Source: Chrysomallon squamiferum (Eukaryota; Animalia; Mollusca). Taken from it: a stretch of 64,000 bases of DNA. The DNA lies in contig CM022679.1 in the NCBI GenBank assembly GCA_012295275.1, positions 10,478,001 to 10,542,000 of the forward strand, read 5' to 3'. Position numbers and translations under genes: made by a program. Position 1 is the stretch's first letter. Every line of letters starts with the position of its first letter. Below the pieces are notes generated by a model. The model did not search any database, was not told the origin of the DNA, and was given only the letters and a program-made list of their open reading frames with translations. Shown here in pieces: positions 1-15,837 of this stretch.

Positions 1-150
1 CATGTGCATAACATAACTAAAACTGTGTATTCAAAAGAATACATAAAATATATATATTAAATGTCCAGAAATATATTCTCTGTCTTTCTTTTTCATCTCT
101 ACTACGAATCATACAAGCACTCATAATATTTTATGAAATTTATTAAATAC

Positions 151-826
151 CTTTTAACTAGCTTGGTTTTCCGAGACACAGCCAAATCCAACAAAAATTT
201 CTTGATTCTACTAGAACTGGCACCAGCATAAACCTTTAAAATATTGAAAATACATGTTTTTTTAAATAACTGTTATAACACTTACCCTTTCAACCCTCAA
301 CTATGTTGCAACAAGCTTTCTCTTAGTTAATTTATAAATCGTAGGAGGTCAGCAGTATCGTTTACCTTCAGAGCTGAGCATCAGTTTTAATAACATATTT
401 ATTTATCGCTTTAAGCGAAGGCTTGGTGATGTATCTGTTTTGATTATAATCTTACGAGACCTGGAAAATCTCAATGCGCATGGATGGTACTTATTGCAGA
501 AACAATTTGCTGAATAACCTTAAGATCACCTTTCCTAGTAACGCACACAGTTGTACAAAGGAGAATATAAAACAAAATAATAATAATAACATATGGATAT
601 GGTTTTCTTTCTGTAAACTTACATGGATAAATCATTCTTCGCCATTTTAAACAGCACAGAAAACTAATTCAATAGGGAAGCAGTCATGCTTTCAAGCCAT
701 TGCAATGATACACGGTATATTCCACTGCCAGCTAAGTCGTGAGTTGCTTGTTACAGAGAAACTGTATCAACACATTTTGCATTCCAAGAAATAAAGAAAT
801 AAAGAAATAAATAAAATAAAGGAAAA

Positions 827-901
<75 letters not shown>

Positions 902-925
902 TTGATGATGATGATGATAATAATG

Positions 926-982
<57 letters not shown>

Positions 983-1062
983 TAATAATAAATATAATAA
1001 AAATAAAAATAACAGCAGCAGCAGTTGCAATGATGAAGCGATAATAATAATGATGATGAAAA

Positions 1063-1097
<35 letters not shown>

Positions 1098-1780
1098 ATA
1101 GCAGTATATAAGATTTTTGCAGCTAGCTTTAGCTTGGCTTAAAACATTTCCAGTAAAAATATTTATGATCAACTTTGATTCCGAAAATCGATTCTTTTTT
1201 ATGGAAAGTTTATTCGCAAATGCGTTTGTTTTGTATGTATTCTGCTTAACACGCAGCCGAAGCAAATACAGAACAATGCATTTAATATAAAACTTAAATG
1301 AAGCTGAATAGATTTCACAAACTTGTTTGTTGACGAAATTATTTACGGAAACAGTTTTAATTACGACATTGTATGGGCCAATGTAGCTTAAAAATCGTTG
1401 TTGTTTGAAGTGATATTAACAAATCATTTGGCATATTCAATGAACATATCTTGATGACGGCGTAAAAATATTCTTCACATATATTGGGTTATTCTATTAT
1501 TATTTTCTAATATAGCGTGGCTGGTAATACTGGCAACTATAATGCCGAATATATTAAAATTTTTCCATCTATCCTCAGTGTAAGTTATTTGTATTTGGTT
1601 ATTAAATATATTATATTTATGGTATTCATCTACACATAACTGTGATATATAGATCTTCCATGCGACTTTATACCGAGATTCACACTTATACAACCTGAGT
1701 TAAATATGTTAAGTAGAAATATACGACGCATCAAGTTCTTCTGCATATATATATATATATATACACATACACACACGCAC

Positions 1781-1817
<37 letters not shown>

Positions 1818-2317
1818 TATATATAAAATAACCTATTGTCGATAATGTCTACGTCCACGCCAACATATGCCATACAGTAATTATTATTCCATGGAAAAAT
1901 ACGACATTACGTAATATACCACACATAAATGACCTATGATCGATAATGTTTCTTGCTACACTGACAGTGAAACCCACACTTACTCCCACTAACTAACAAT
2001 AAACGGTTTGCAAGTCTAGTTTAATATTTTTCTATATTATTTGTTTTCTCTCCTATTTCTCTAAAAGCAGACACCCACACTTACGTGTGTATGTGTGTGT
2101 GAGGGTGCTGGGAATCTGTGTTTCTCTGTGTGTGTGTGGGTGTGACTGTGAATCGTGCCTCTTTTCGTAGTTGTAGTTTCATAGGCAGCCACCTTGTCAT
2201 ATTCATATGCGCGTGCGTGTGTGCGTGTGTCTGTGCGTTTGTGCGTATGTATGTGTGCGTTTGCGTATATGTATGTGTGCGCGCGTATATGTTTGTGCGC
2301 GCGTATGTTTGTGCGTG

Positions 2318-2352
<35 letters not shown>

Positions 2353-2651
2353 TGTGTGTGTGTAAAGACTCTACACGGAAACAGTCTCTTCAACAATGTT
2401 TTGCTGATCCAGGCTCTAGTGTGCCTGAGTGAAACAATTAACTACTGGACTCTGTATTGAATTATTAACCAGCAAGTATTAACCAACCTTGTCTCTGATT
2501 CTGTTAAGAAGTCTGGGCACGGTGGCAAACACTGAGGGTCTTAACGCCTTTAAGTCTTCCAGAATTAGTTTGACATCACCCGAGTAGAAACCTATGTGAC
2601 TGCCCTTCATGAAGAGTGCAGTCTGAAAATGATAGTAATAACAGTAACGGC

Positions 2652-2682
<31 letters not shown>

Positions 2683-2804
2683 GTAATAATAATATTATTA
2701 ATAATAATAATGATAATAATAATGATGATGATGATGATAATAACATACCACGACCACTAATACCACCGACAACAATATCAGCAACAATAATAACAATGAT
2801 GATG

Positions 2805-2856
<52 letters not shown>

Positions 2857-5811
2857 TAACAATATCAACAACAACAACAACAACAACAACTACAATAATA
2901 ATAATAATAATAGTACTTTATAACTATGATCAGGTTTTTTGCTATTTTTTGGGCTATTACTTAAATAATGCAGAAACTCTAAATGAACAAGTTATATATT
3001 ACCTGACAGGTTCGCTCATACATGTGCGCCATTGGAAGATATGAGAGGAAGGCATCATCAGGGGACATAACATGCACCATCTACAAAACAGACACAGAGA
3101 TGTAAGAACTCAGAAATCTTATTATCGCACTGGAATCCATATTATGGATGATGTATAAAAGTCTTTTACTATTTTGCTCTAACCAACTGATTTGCCTGCA
3201 CCGACACACAATTCTAATTAACCTTTTTTTAATGTTTATATTTATCCTCTAGGTCTAATAAGACTGATTTTAACCAGAATCGAGAAAATGATGACACCAA
3301 ATGAATGTCAGTAAGTTCATAAATAAAATATGTAACATTTAGTTCCATTATAAAGGAACTTGTATTACAATGCTGTAATCTTATGCCTAGATCAATACAA
3401 CAAACAATTGCAAAAACAAATTTACTTCCCGTAATTTATAAATGAGAAACTACAAACCTGACTTGTGTAGAGGAAACCAGAAACATTGGACACGATATTT
3501 CCATGTGTAAGCATCACTCCTTTTGGATCTCCTGTAATAAATAAATAAATAAATAAATAAATAAAGAAAGAAAGAAAGAAAGAAAGAAATAAAGAAAAAA
3601 TAAAGAAAGAAAGAAAGAAAGAAGTAAATAGGTAAATAAAGAAATAAATAAGTAAACAGGTAAGTAAATAAATAAGTAAGTAAATAAATAAATGAATAAA
3701 TAAATAAATACATTTTGTGTTTTCTTTACAACCGTTAATATAGTAAATATTCAAAAATAAAACAGACGAAATATTATGAATATTATTATCTATAATTAGT
3801 CTAAGTAACCAACCAAACTAAATGTTCACAGTTAAAAAATTATTTTGTATATTCATCTCTCCTTCCATCCATAGATCTAATTGTCTGTCTTTCAGTCTCT
3901 TTATGTAGATCTATATCTATATCTATAGATCTGTATGTGTTTCAAAATCTATATCTGTATCTAATCACATCATTAATATCACTGATTAATTATATACGCA
4001 GAACTGTCATCAGTGTCAACATACTAACGACTGGAATAATAACGAGAGTAAAGTATCGTAAATGATTTACGAATGTATATTTAATGTTGGGTATTGACTC
4101 CTATACATTCTGCATGTATAATATACAACATTAGATTAACGCATGGCTTATACAAACTGATTTGTGATGGTGCAATCAGTAATATGCTTGAATCATCAAC
4201 TCTTGTTTGCATTTTTATTTTATTTTTTTCTGTACCGTCATTATGAAAATCGACTTTACCTGTTGTGCCACTGGTAAAACTGATTGTAGACAGATCTGAT
4301 GGTTTAGGAGGCTGTAAATGAATTATATTTTATCATATTTATCAATGATAATGGCTGTTACAATTATAAATACATTTCTGTATATTTAAGCAGAAGCTGT
4401 CTAATAACTGTTTAAAGATTTAAACAACTGCATGAAATTACTTATCTGATTTAATGCTATAATTGTGTTTTCTAAAACACGCATAAATTCAAAACAATTA
4501 CACCGAAATTTTATAGTTAACTAGGAGGACCTATAAATGAAGAAAACGTCATTATTATGTAAAGAAACAAGCAATATTATGATTCACAAGAACCCAACGT
4601 TCAAGTGCATTACAATAAAATGTTTGAAGTGATGAATTCACAGAAAGTACCAAGCATAAACGTTTCCTAATCACGTCACTAATATCTGTGATCAGTTATA
4701 TTTGATTGTAATACTCGAAATTGATTTTAGAAATACTTACAACAGGCGGATGTAGACTTTTCCTACCCATATCCTATAAAAAAAAGATTAAGAAGAACTG
4801 TGAAAACTGTGACAAATAGTTAAGAAGATAAAAAAAAAGAAAAAAAAAGAATTAGCGCCACTAATAATATAAATGTATATAGACAGACATATATACACAC
4901 ATATATATATAAGTACACACCCACACACACACACAGACACATACACACACAAACACATACGATAGTCTTTGTTATATGAGTCATACATTTCTGAATATAT
5001 TGAAAATTCTGGAGGTTAAAATGACATAGCAAACGATCTATTAAACTAATATTTTAAATAAAAATACTGTTTTGTGTTTTTTTCTTTTCTTTCAGTATAT
5101 ATTATACCTCTACTTCATCAAATGACATTATCTTGATATTGTGTTTCTTTGCCCTTTCAATGTTACTTTCGCTGATGGTATCCATAGCGATTATTGTTCT
5201 GAGTGTTGGCATTTGTTCAGCGTAGTCCAGAAGGGACTGAACTTTTTCTTCCTTGTCGCAAACAACCGTCGACATCTCAGCTGTAAAACAAAACACGAAA
5301 TTTAGTTACCAGAGGCATCAGGGCAATCTCATGGCGACCACACCCACACACACACACAAAACACACACGCAAACGCACACACACACAAACGTATGAAATC
5401 TCAACAATTCGAAAAAGGTTATTAGGTTTCGGTTAGACATTTAATATGTAGCATCCCATTAAAGCCTCTAAATTAGTACTTTATATTTATATATATATAT
5501 ATATATACATATATATATCACACACATACACAAATACAAACTGGACGGAACGGCCGGTTTAGTCCATTATATATATATATATATAGTCCATTCATACATT
5601 TACAGAAGTGCATAACAATGATTTAATAGTCAACTGATCAGTGTTTTCATAATCGTATATTTGGTGTGTGACATTTATTTTCAGGAAAGTGTGAACAAAT
5701 CGATTTCGTTTTCAGCTGCTGTTCGTATTTAACTATAACCAGTTTGACAGATGGTACATTCTTTCAATAGATTTGGATTCAGCACTGATATATTCAGCAC
5801 ACACATTAATT

Positions 5812-5871
<60 letters not shown>

Positions 5872-6027
5872 CGATAATAATAGTAATAATACTGATAATT
5901 GTGATGATGATGGTGATAATAATAACAGAAGTAGTAGTAGTCGTAGCAGTCGTAGTAGCAGTAGCAGCAACAGCAGCAGCAGCAGCAATAGTAGTAAAAT
6001 AACAAAATATACTTCTGTGTGTGTATT

Positions 6028-6065
<38 letters not shown>

Positions 6066-9000
6066 GCAATATAATCATGTAAGTATCAACATTTATAATT
6101 ATGACGTGGATAACAAGACATAAGATCTGCTGCGCCATACAGTGGTCTACTCTTTTTATGTAAAGAGATCGACAGGAAAGAACACACCATGGCCTTTGAC
6201 AAAAATAAAATCATGTAAACATAATCCAGTGGAAGCAGTGACGAGCACTGATCCCGCGACCTGCCGTATCTAAGACACATTTATTAACAGTGGTATAAAT
6301 AATGATAACAGGCGGCTCACGTTGTTTCTGGGTGAACCAGTTAGCTGTGTAATTTGCGCTGTGATAATTTGTAATTTATATTACAGCAACTCGCTGCATC
6401 ACCAGCTGTTAAATTTGCGTATATAAACATTAGGATAGTTTTAATCAAGTCAAGGCTGCCTTATGACAGGTTGTAAAATAGATAATATATACATCTTCGT
6501 TTGTATGTTTGTCTATGTGTGTGTGCGTGAATATATGTGTATATGTATTTTTGTATGTACTTATGTATGTGTGTATGTGTATTATATATGTATGTGGGTA
6601 TATGTATAGGGCCTACGTGTGTAAATGTGTGTGTGTATATATATATATACACACACACACACACATATATATGTATGTGGGTATATGTATAGGGCCTACG
6701 TGTGTAAATGTGTGTGTGTATATATATATATACACACACACACATATATATTCGTATTATACATGAATAAATACGGTAATGAACACGTTGTTGTTGTTTG
6801 TATTTTTTAATTCTTTCACAACACTTTTTAAAAACCTCTGGTGAATTCTTCGCATTGTTTACGTATTTGTGTGGTGACTACAACTGGAACAACTTCTTTT
6901 TAAAATTAAAAGCTACACGCTGGTAGCGCGCTTGTGGATTATTTTTCTGACAAAGGTCAGCGAAGACGGGCGAGGGGGAATGCGTTTCACAAACACGTCT
7001 TTGTTCTACTCACAATCATTAAACTACAAGTATCAGTGTCAACATGCAGGGGAGCAAGCTTTAGTTAACGACGACGTTTTCAAAACACTTTTAATCTACA
7101 GCTACATGTCGACATTCACGTCGCTATATATCTGAAACATGACTCTGTTGTTTTGTTTTTGTTTTTTTTCAAACAGAAGTTAGAGATTTTGTATGTAAGC
7201 ATTCTCGTACCACCGAAGTGCAACAGCAACCATCTTTTTTTAAAACAGGTCACTGAGCTTTGGCTGGAACGGGAATTAGATCAGACTGCGCACCGAGAAA
7301 CACTGAAAATGGACCAACTGACTAAGATGAAGATAAAGGACTAACTGTCGAAGATCGGTTATTGTATGTCACCTACTTACGAAGAAGACTGCGATAGGAG
7401 ATACTAGATGCACGCACCATCGTATCTACTACGATATCGGTTGTAGGTGTAACCTGTACGAACAGTTTCAATGGGCTACACAGTTCTGCCCGAAATAAAA
7501 TATCAATTTCATCAGCGTGTACTGTGATCACGTCTTTTGTTTAATTTAAAATAGACTGAACTTTGCGGATGATTTTATTCTGTGTGGTTATAAGATAATG
7601 TATACATGCTCACGCACGCACGCTCATACATACATTCATTTATACCCAAATACAAGCCTAGAACTATATAGACTTGTAACTCGTTCAGTCACGCGATCTT
7701 TTGAAAAGGACTATGTTTGAATGAATAGTCTTGTTGCAAGGGAAAAGATTTTAAAAATTCAGTTTTATTGCACAGAACGAACCAGGAACACATAACTAAT
7801 TTAAAATCAGGTTATTTACCATGCACACATCATTACATACATACATACATACATACAACAAATACACACGAACAGCACATACACACTCACACACACGTTT
7901 ACAGACTTACTTAAACATACATCTGTACATCCCTATATTAATACGTGCGTCCGCACTTTCCTGCTACAATAAATTAACAGTAGCTTGAGTTTTTGCTTAC
8001 AGTGTAGTGTCAATTCGTACATTCTTATTTATCACAATATATATATTTTTTAAATTTAATATTTTAAAGTCTAGATTTTCGTTAACTGAAGCAACTTCGT
8101 ATGTACCGAAAAGTGATAAATAAAAATAGAAGAAAAAAAAAAAAAGAAAAAAAAAGAGAGTTTTTCGTGTCAGGGAAGTTTATCTGTACCGCGATGATTA
8201 TGTAACCCGCCTCTGTACTTTAAACCACTAACAAGCGTCTTTTAAACTCTGCCTCGCACTTTGACCACCGGCTCGTTAAGATGTCTGGGAAGGAAAGAAC
8301 TTTAGTGTACCGGAAGTATATTACTAAGTAGAAGCTATTATCTTTGATATCCATTGTTTGCTTATTACTTCAGCAAATGTTTCATATCTTCTGTGTAGCA
8401 GTTCGACAGTATTTACGTATCTAGATTTTTGTAGGGATACTCTTATTTTCTTAGTAGCGTTACAAAATGTTTAATGATATTTGTTAACGTTCTTCGGTTT
8501 ATTTTTTTGTTGTTTTTATGTTGTTTTTAAAATAAACGTTTAGATATTATGACATTTAGTCTATCTATATTTTGCATATAACTGGTGATATTTCGAGCGT
8601 TGTTCTTTTACTGTACAAGAGTAGACTAATAAACCATTGATGAGTCATTCATTAAAACATCCGTCTGTCAGTTGACCTAGTTAAGATAATGGTGTTAATT
8701 TCGCTCCGTCGGTCGCGTCATCTACAAGTGTATTGAAATATTGAAATAATGAAGAAAAGAAACAAAAATAGTTGATGTCCTGTACTAACCCAATTTACTT
8801 AATGTATGGTTAAAAGTTTATAACCAGAGTGTCGACGAAATGACAAACGAAAGAGACTAACAAACGAGACCACCATCCAGCCAAGAGACTGAACAAGAAA
8901 AAAAAAAAAAATCTTTATTATTAAAAATTCAATATGTACTTACTTAAGTTGACGATATACTGGCAAGCTTTTTTGCCCAGTGTGTCGTACAAGGCAACCA

Positions 9001-10497
9001 AAACCATGGAAAACATGTTACATGCTTGTTCTGTTAGCGCCCACTATAAATAAACATAAAGTAGTGATTAGCATAAATAATACACGAGAATAAATACAGT
9101 AATTCTTAGTATATAACATAATTATAACATTCCAACGTGTTCCGTTATCTAATTCGTAGCAATAATAGAACCAATGATTTTTATGGCAAAGTGATAAAAA
9201 AAAATTGTTTCCCAGTAACAGTAGCAGTATTATTAGTATAAACAGTAACAGTAATAGAAGTTATATATAGGTAATCTTAGTAGACTAATGATAACAGTAT
9301 TGAAACTGTTGTGGTGGCAGCTGTAATAATAACATCAGTAACATAATAATCATAATAGAAGTAATAATCGTAGTAGAATTAGTAATAACAGTTATAATAG
9401 CAGAAGGAATAATTAATATTCAAATAACAGTAATTATCAGTAACAGAACTGATAGTGAAAATGGCTGTAGTAGTAGTAGTAAGCAGTAACAATAACAATA
9501 GTAAGGGTGGTAGTAGTAGCAGTAGCTCGTAATAATAAAGTTTCTGAAGAAAAAACTACAGTTATCTTAGATAATGTATTAACATACATCTTTCTAAAAA
9601 CTAACCTCAATTCTGTTGACACTGTATATGCCTATAAATGTTTCTGGACATGGTTTTAATCCCAGGTTCAGCAAACCCGAGCCAAAAGCATGGAATCTGT
9701 CGTAGACCTTGGAAAAATAATAAAAATGGTAACATTAATGAATAAATATATTTTAATAATTATTTTTAGTTTATAAAACTAAAGTTACACATTAATCTTG
9801 CAACGGCAGTTTCGAAAAAAAAAAAAAAAAAAAATCGATCAGTGGCAATTCACATCTCCAATAAACTTGATAGACAAAAAAAAAAAAAAAATGGTAAAAA
9901 AGCCTCGTATTCTGTTCTTTGAAATTTTTCATTTCAGCAACTCTGAATATAGCATGTTAAGTACAAGGAAACTCAAATAATCTGAGTAGTTCTGTTAAAG
10001 CTGTCATAGCCAGTCAGTTCACAAACGGCGGTTCAGCTTGATGTGTGAAAAATAATTTTAGAAAGCGCCGAAGAAATCATTATATTATATTACAGAGCCA
10101 TAATAATGACGAAAAGAAAAGTCAACAGCGAGTGCACTGCTGACTTTTTTTATTTTTTATTTTTTTTATTTATTTAACGTGCTGTGGAGTTGGAGTAAAT
10201 CATTAAAAGTCGACGTTTCTCAGGTTTACCTCTTGGTATGTCAGCCATTCGTATCCATTGCTGGTCTTCTTTCCCAAACACTTTCCATTTCCTGAAAATG
10301 TGGAGTTAAACACAGTTACATGCTGACTTCATTTATTATTATTATTATTATTATTATTATGATTATTATTATTATTGTTATTGCTGTTGTTGTTGTTGTT
10401 ATTGATGTTACGTTGGTGGTTTTTATTACTAACATTCTTAAAAACAGATTTTTCTGAACTGTTTCTTAACAAGAACAAAAACAACAATCAATACAAA

Positions 10498-10565
<68 letters not shown>

Positions 10566-11123
10566 AATAAATAAATAAAAGATAAGAATTAAACAAAGTA
10601 AAAAAAAATAAAAAAATAAAATAATCAGATAAAAATAATGATAACGAATGAAGAGGTTCAAAATCTGAGAACTTCGTAACGACCTACATGTTAATGATAT
10701 TAGATGTTACAAAAAAAAAAAAAAAAAATGCAAATTGCCTCTGCAATAACTGATCGGAGTACAAATGTACAAATGTTAGGATGACCTGACTTAATAAGTG
10801 GCTAGATAGATGAAATTTGACACTGATAAACGTGTATGTGTAAGTATGTGTGTTAACGTGTGTGCGTGTATCTACTGCATTTGTGTATTTATGCTTGTAT
10901 ATATATATGTGTGTGTGTGTCTGTGTGTGTGTATGTATTTACATACACATAGGGTATATCTACAGAAAATAGTGCATATGGCAAGGACTAAACTGAACCC
11001 CTGTCCAAATGCAACACCCATTTTTCAGATCATTTTACCATAAAACCAGCTAAAAAATACCAGTCAAGTTGAGTAGCGTCCCCTTTCAGGTTGCGCCCAG
11101 GGTACGTCCCATACATGCCCTAC

Positions 11124-11158
<35 letters not shown>

Positions 11159-12727
11159 AAACACCCACAGACGTTAATTTATTAAAATAATTAGCATTTA
11201 TGTATATGCTAATTAATTAATAAACAGCAGACTGTACTGAGTTCTAAAACCTGTTTTAATTATGGAGATTGTGTCACGTATGATGAATAATTTACACAGG
11301 CAGTGTTTATAGAGGCGTCCATTTTACGTACGTTCAGGACAAGTTTCACAGGTATGCATTATCTGAAGTATCCATTGTTAACAGTTATTTCTTTTTTGTA
11401 GGAAACAGGGTTAAAATAACAGGTAGTAGATTACCTACAGATGTAAACGTGTTGTTAAAAGTGACAGGCCACAAGAGTAGTCATATGATGAAGAATGTAT
11501 AACATTATTAACATATGCGTGTTATAAATGAAAAACAAAACTAAAACAAATTATAACGTAAGGAAGGCAATTAAAAAATATGATAAAAATAAAAATCAAG
11601 AATAAAAACAATTAAACATTAATAGAAAATGAATAAATTAAATAAATATAATAAAAACAGAAAAGCGATCTGAAATAAACTCGTATTTGATAATAAAATA
11701 AACAGCAGAATATTGACGAATATGTTATTTATTTTAGTTATTAGAAAATGATTTTATAACCTTTTTTTTAATTTTTATTTTTATTTTTATTTTTTAATAA
11801 GGAATGGTGGACCAAATGCTGTGAAAATAACAATGGAAATACTAAAATAATATGCTTTTTAGTTATGTTTCCCTTGAAAGCTTTAAGATTGTGTCTGTAA
11901 AAAGAAAAATATTTTTTTTAGTAAATAAAACAGAACATACTGGCTATTCTCAGGCCGCGCATGAACACTTCGTGCAGGGTTTTGGCATCTTCGTAGAGGT
12001 ATTCCAGAGGTTTGCCATCCAGTTTATCAAGAACCAGAGGTGAAACATGCACTCCATCCTGGAAAAAAACACGAGATAAAACACAGAGTTAAAACACGAG
12101 TTAAAACTGTTTAAAAATTAGAATTATAAATATTTTATTCGAATGATCGATTAAATATTGTTTGAAGATACGATAATTATTGAAGACACACACACACACA
12201 CACACACACATACACAGAGAGACACACATACACAGAGAGACACACATACACACTATTACATACACATATATTCAAATACGGGAGAAACACTTATCATTTG
12301 TATATTTTATACATGTGTCTTTGTAGATAAAAATAACATATAAACTTTGTATATATAAATTTTCAGACAACAAATTTGACAAAGATATATATATATATAT
12401 AGCCTGTAAATAATTATTTCTTGTAATATTATATGTTCAACAGTACAAATACGCATACGTTTTGTTCATTAAAGACACGTGGACATGCAGTGCCAGTCAA
12501 CAATAATAATAACAGAGAATATTCTGCTTCACTAACAAAATGCTTACCCCGATATCAACGCTCTGTCTGTTAACGTCAACCGGTGGTTTGAAAGGCTTCG
12601 GCCCTGATCCAAGGAACAACCACGACAACCCCATCAACCCGGCCACCACGCCGGACACTGCGTACCACCACGTGTCTCCCAAATAGGTCTCCAGCAGCAA
12701 CGTCGTCGACGACAGGAATTCAGACAT
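151..12727 (-). CDS. ACSL: Long-chain-fatty-acid--CoA ligase, ACSL1/5/6 family; 5' part only, continues beyond window start
   Basis: Hand-spliced GT-AG exons in consistent phase: 12727-12548, 12058-11941, 10291-10230, 9707-9606, 9043-8944, 5280-5108, 4773-4741, 4311-4260, 3531-3458, 3080-3003, 2622-2488, 233-151. Protein has an N-terminal TM anchor ([20 protein letters not shown]), [14 protein letters not shown], the AMP-binding P-loop [18 protein letters not shown], the gate motif [15 protein letters not shown] and [16 protein letters not shown]. Confidence 0.95.
829..1100. repeat. (AAT)n/(GAT)n/(AAAT)n compound microsatellite
   Basis: Directly visible. Confidence 0.95.
2085..2362. repeat. 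Degenerate (GT)n/(GCGT)n microsatellite
   Basis: Directly visible. Confidence 0.9.
2630..2912. repeat. (AAC)n/(AAT)n compound microsatellite
   Basis: Directly visible. Confidence 0.9.
5816..6066. repeat. (AAT)n/(GTA)n/(GCA)n/(CA)n compound microsatellite
   Basis: Directly visible. Confidence 0.9.
6585..6750. repeat. Two-copy ~83-bp tandem duplication containing GT/AT/AC microsatellites
   Basis: GTATGTGGGTATATGTATAGGGCCTACGTGTGTAAATG at ~6590 and ~6673. Confidence 0.85.
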
Positions 12728-14844
12728 CTGACAGAGCGAGAGAGAGAGCGTGTAAAAATTTAAAAAAAACAAACAACATATGCCAACAGTGCAGTTGTAA
12801 TATTAACTGGCGATGAGTCCAATAACACGGACGTGCCAATACGACATAGTGTAACAACTGATGGTTTTTCGGTTTAGTTGGTTGTCCTAGTTAAAAAGAA
12901 CTCAGTTGCATGCAGCAGCTACATACAGGACGTCCAAAGACGACGACGACATCGTATTTCTCAGGTAGAGTAATTAATTTTCCTCTCCGGTATAGAAATG
13001 TTAATGTGTTGCCGCATTTCAACTAGGAAAATTAAAAAAATCGGGCTGTACTAGAGAATAAACATGTTGAACAACCCAGCCAGGGGTCAAGTTGTTACGT
13101 GCTGTTGTCAATAAGCTTGGCATAAAATAGAAAAATAAACGTTGACGTTAGTTACAGCCAAATAATTAACTGAATGAGGATCGAGGTGTTTGGAAAAAAG
13201 CTTAATTTATGTAATAAAATTCACACCGGCAAAGATAAATATACTTTAAAATATTATGTGATGCATATAAAAGCCAATAAATATTTATATTAACACTATG
13301 TCTTAAAATTAGAATTTAGGAAGTGATATTTGTGGAATTTAGGTCACTGATTTAACATTTTGTTTTTCAGCTGCTAGTGGTTTAAAATTATTCTTAAATA
13401 TGTGCAACATAAAAATGTCTTCTGAACACAAACATCAATTATAGTTGTTGAGCCTGTACATCAAGACAGCCCAGACATACAAGATAAACTATAAGATACT
13501 GGTACGAGTACACGTGCTCTTAAATCTTACCATCGCGCACGATTCTGTCTGTATGTCTGCAGGTACGCAGGTAGTTAGTTATATATGTGATTTGGTTTTA
13601 TAAGTATGTGTTTCACTTGTGTATATGAATTTGCATATGACATACATACATAAAAACACACACACACACACTGATTTTCTTTTTCTTTTCGTTTTTTAAT
13701 CTACATAATACATACTCTTTTACCACAAAAGAAACGTCTGACAATAAGCTAAAGAAATGTTTGCTATACGCGAAGCGATAAAATGTATTAGAAAAAATTA
13801 AGTATCATTATTGCCACGTGTATATATAGCTGTCTCCATTGTGCTTAGTCATTTGATACAGAAAATTAGGCCATGTAGTTATCTTGCATATGAGAATGTA
13901 AATACTACACATGCTTCAATCTACGAGTTACGATCTGTATATAACGAGTGAAAGGGCGTAACGAGTAGTTTTATATATTCAACCACAGCGAATTGCGCAA
14001 TAGGATCTCTAAGCTTTGTTAGACCGGTCAAAGAAAGGTGCTAGGTATGAATAAATATGAATTATGATTTCCAACACTTTCTGACAGGTTTCTTGATGAT
14101 TATCAAATACGTTTTAGTCACTTATACATATCACCAGTTCTACAGTTTCACCCAAATTTATCGTGCAGTTTTGTCTGTGTCACTGAAATACGATAGACAT
14201 GCATGATGAATAAAGCTAAAGCCAGGTTTATTTATTTCCTTCGTTTGTAGGTTTTTGACAGAAAATAAAGAACAGGTGATCGAAATTTAAATATAAATAT
14301 AACTATAACTCCTATTTTCCAAAACTATATTTTCAACTTTTCAAATGAAAAAGGCAGGATACGGAGGCAAAAATAAAAAGATTAAATGTATGTAGTCTAA
14401 AAACTAGTTCACAGTGTCATTCTCAAACTATGAAGATTGCTCACAATGCGTTCGACCACAACTATTTTTTCATCATATTTCTTTTTAGATTTATATTTCA
14501 ATTCATGATTTATAGCTCTGGCAGATCCGCATACCAACAAATAAAAATGTATAAGCCTTGCCTAACACGAGTTTGCTTTGCGTGGCTCGAAATGTGTGTC
14601 AGTGAAACAAGGAGACAGGAAAGCATATATTTATAGGCAAAAGTGAAGGTTACTGCTTTTTAAAGGAATACGTATGCACTAATTCATTTAAGCATTTTGG
14701 TTTTACTCGAACAACTAAACAGACGACGTCGACAACAGCAGCTACTGCAGTTATTACCACTATTAACACCGTTATTACTATAATCTAAAAATGACTGAAG
14801 GAATTAATTTACTGTTTTAAAAAAATTATAAAAATATATTTTAC

Positions 14845-15135
14845 CTCGTTCAAAATTCTTAAACCTGTAATTGTAAAACGTCCATTGATATATATGTCCA
14901 ACAACGTTTATTATTTTCTCGATTCGATTTATGTTTCCATGATTTGCAGTTTTTATAAATCCACTTTATCGCTGATAAGATAATTTGGAGAGAAAAAAAA
15001 AAAAAAAAAGCCATTAAATCGGATGACACTCAGTAGTGCCGACCGTATTGAACTTTATTTTTCACTCAGGTCATGCGAGACCAATCACAGAACTCTTTTC
15101 TCTAATCACCCGTTCTCCTCTTATCCGGGTCAAGG
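14845..15135 (-). promoter_or_regulatory. Candidate proximal ACSL promoter and non-coding first exon (~14928-14845)
   Basis: TATAAAAA at 14957-14950 (minus), donor GAG|GTAAAA at 14844, CCAAT and AGGTCA/GGGTCA half-sites at ~15068-15132. The ACSL ATG sits directly after an AG acceptor, so an upstream UTR exon is required. Confidence 0.55.
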
Positions 15136-15716
15136 ACTGTAACCCGTATCTACATATCAGCGAAATACATGTCACGTTCTGAGCCGCTTCAAATTAACAA
15201 TAACATTGATACTACTACTACTACTACCACTACTACGACTACTACTACTACTACTCAATACAATACTACTTCTGCTGCTGCTGCAACTACTACAATTATT
15301 ACAGATACTGTTAATAAGAATACTCTATCGAGTTTACACCACAGTAAGCAGGCCTACTTTACCTTGAATTACTACTACTATTACGACTATTACTACTATT
15401 TCCACTACAACTACTACTACCACGATGGCTATTTTACGCTAAAACACGTGTCCGTGTTTAGATTTATGTCAGAGAAAGATACATTAAATAAATCAATCGT
15501 CTTACTCTTTTTCCTAAATGTTTTAGCAGTGTTCATCTGGGTTTTTTTCCTGTCTTGTTTTTTATATTGTTCGTTCACTGATATATAAATTATACAATTG
15601 AATCGCACCATTATTATTATTTCTTTCACAGTGTATATCATATTTCAACAGCCATACAAGCTCTAAAGTGCACGATATCTTTGGGTGAAGCAATATAACA
15701 GCAGTTTTCATTAGAA

Positions 15717-15837
<121 letters not shown>

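Noticed and set aside
2623-3457. Mutually exclusive second gate exon as in vertebrate ACSL6
   Set aside because: Only one Y-gate exon (3080-3003) is visible, and the flanking introns show no duplicate.
732-6810. Long poly-L/Y/I/N/CV/HT ORFs in the ORF track (also many later ones)
   Set aside because: They are translations of microsatellites within introns. Only 3531-3458 and 5280-5108 inside such ORFs are real ACSL exons.
11070-11125. GC-rich TGCGCCCAGGGTACGTCCC fragment resembling a MITE end
   Set aside because: I could not identify a matching opposite TIR or TSD.
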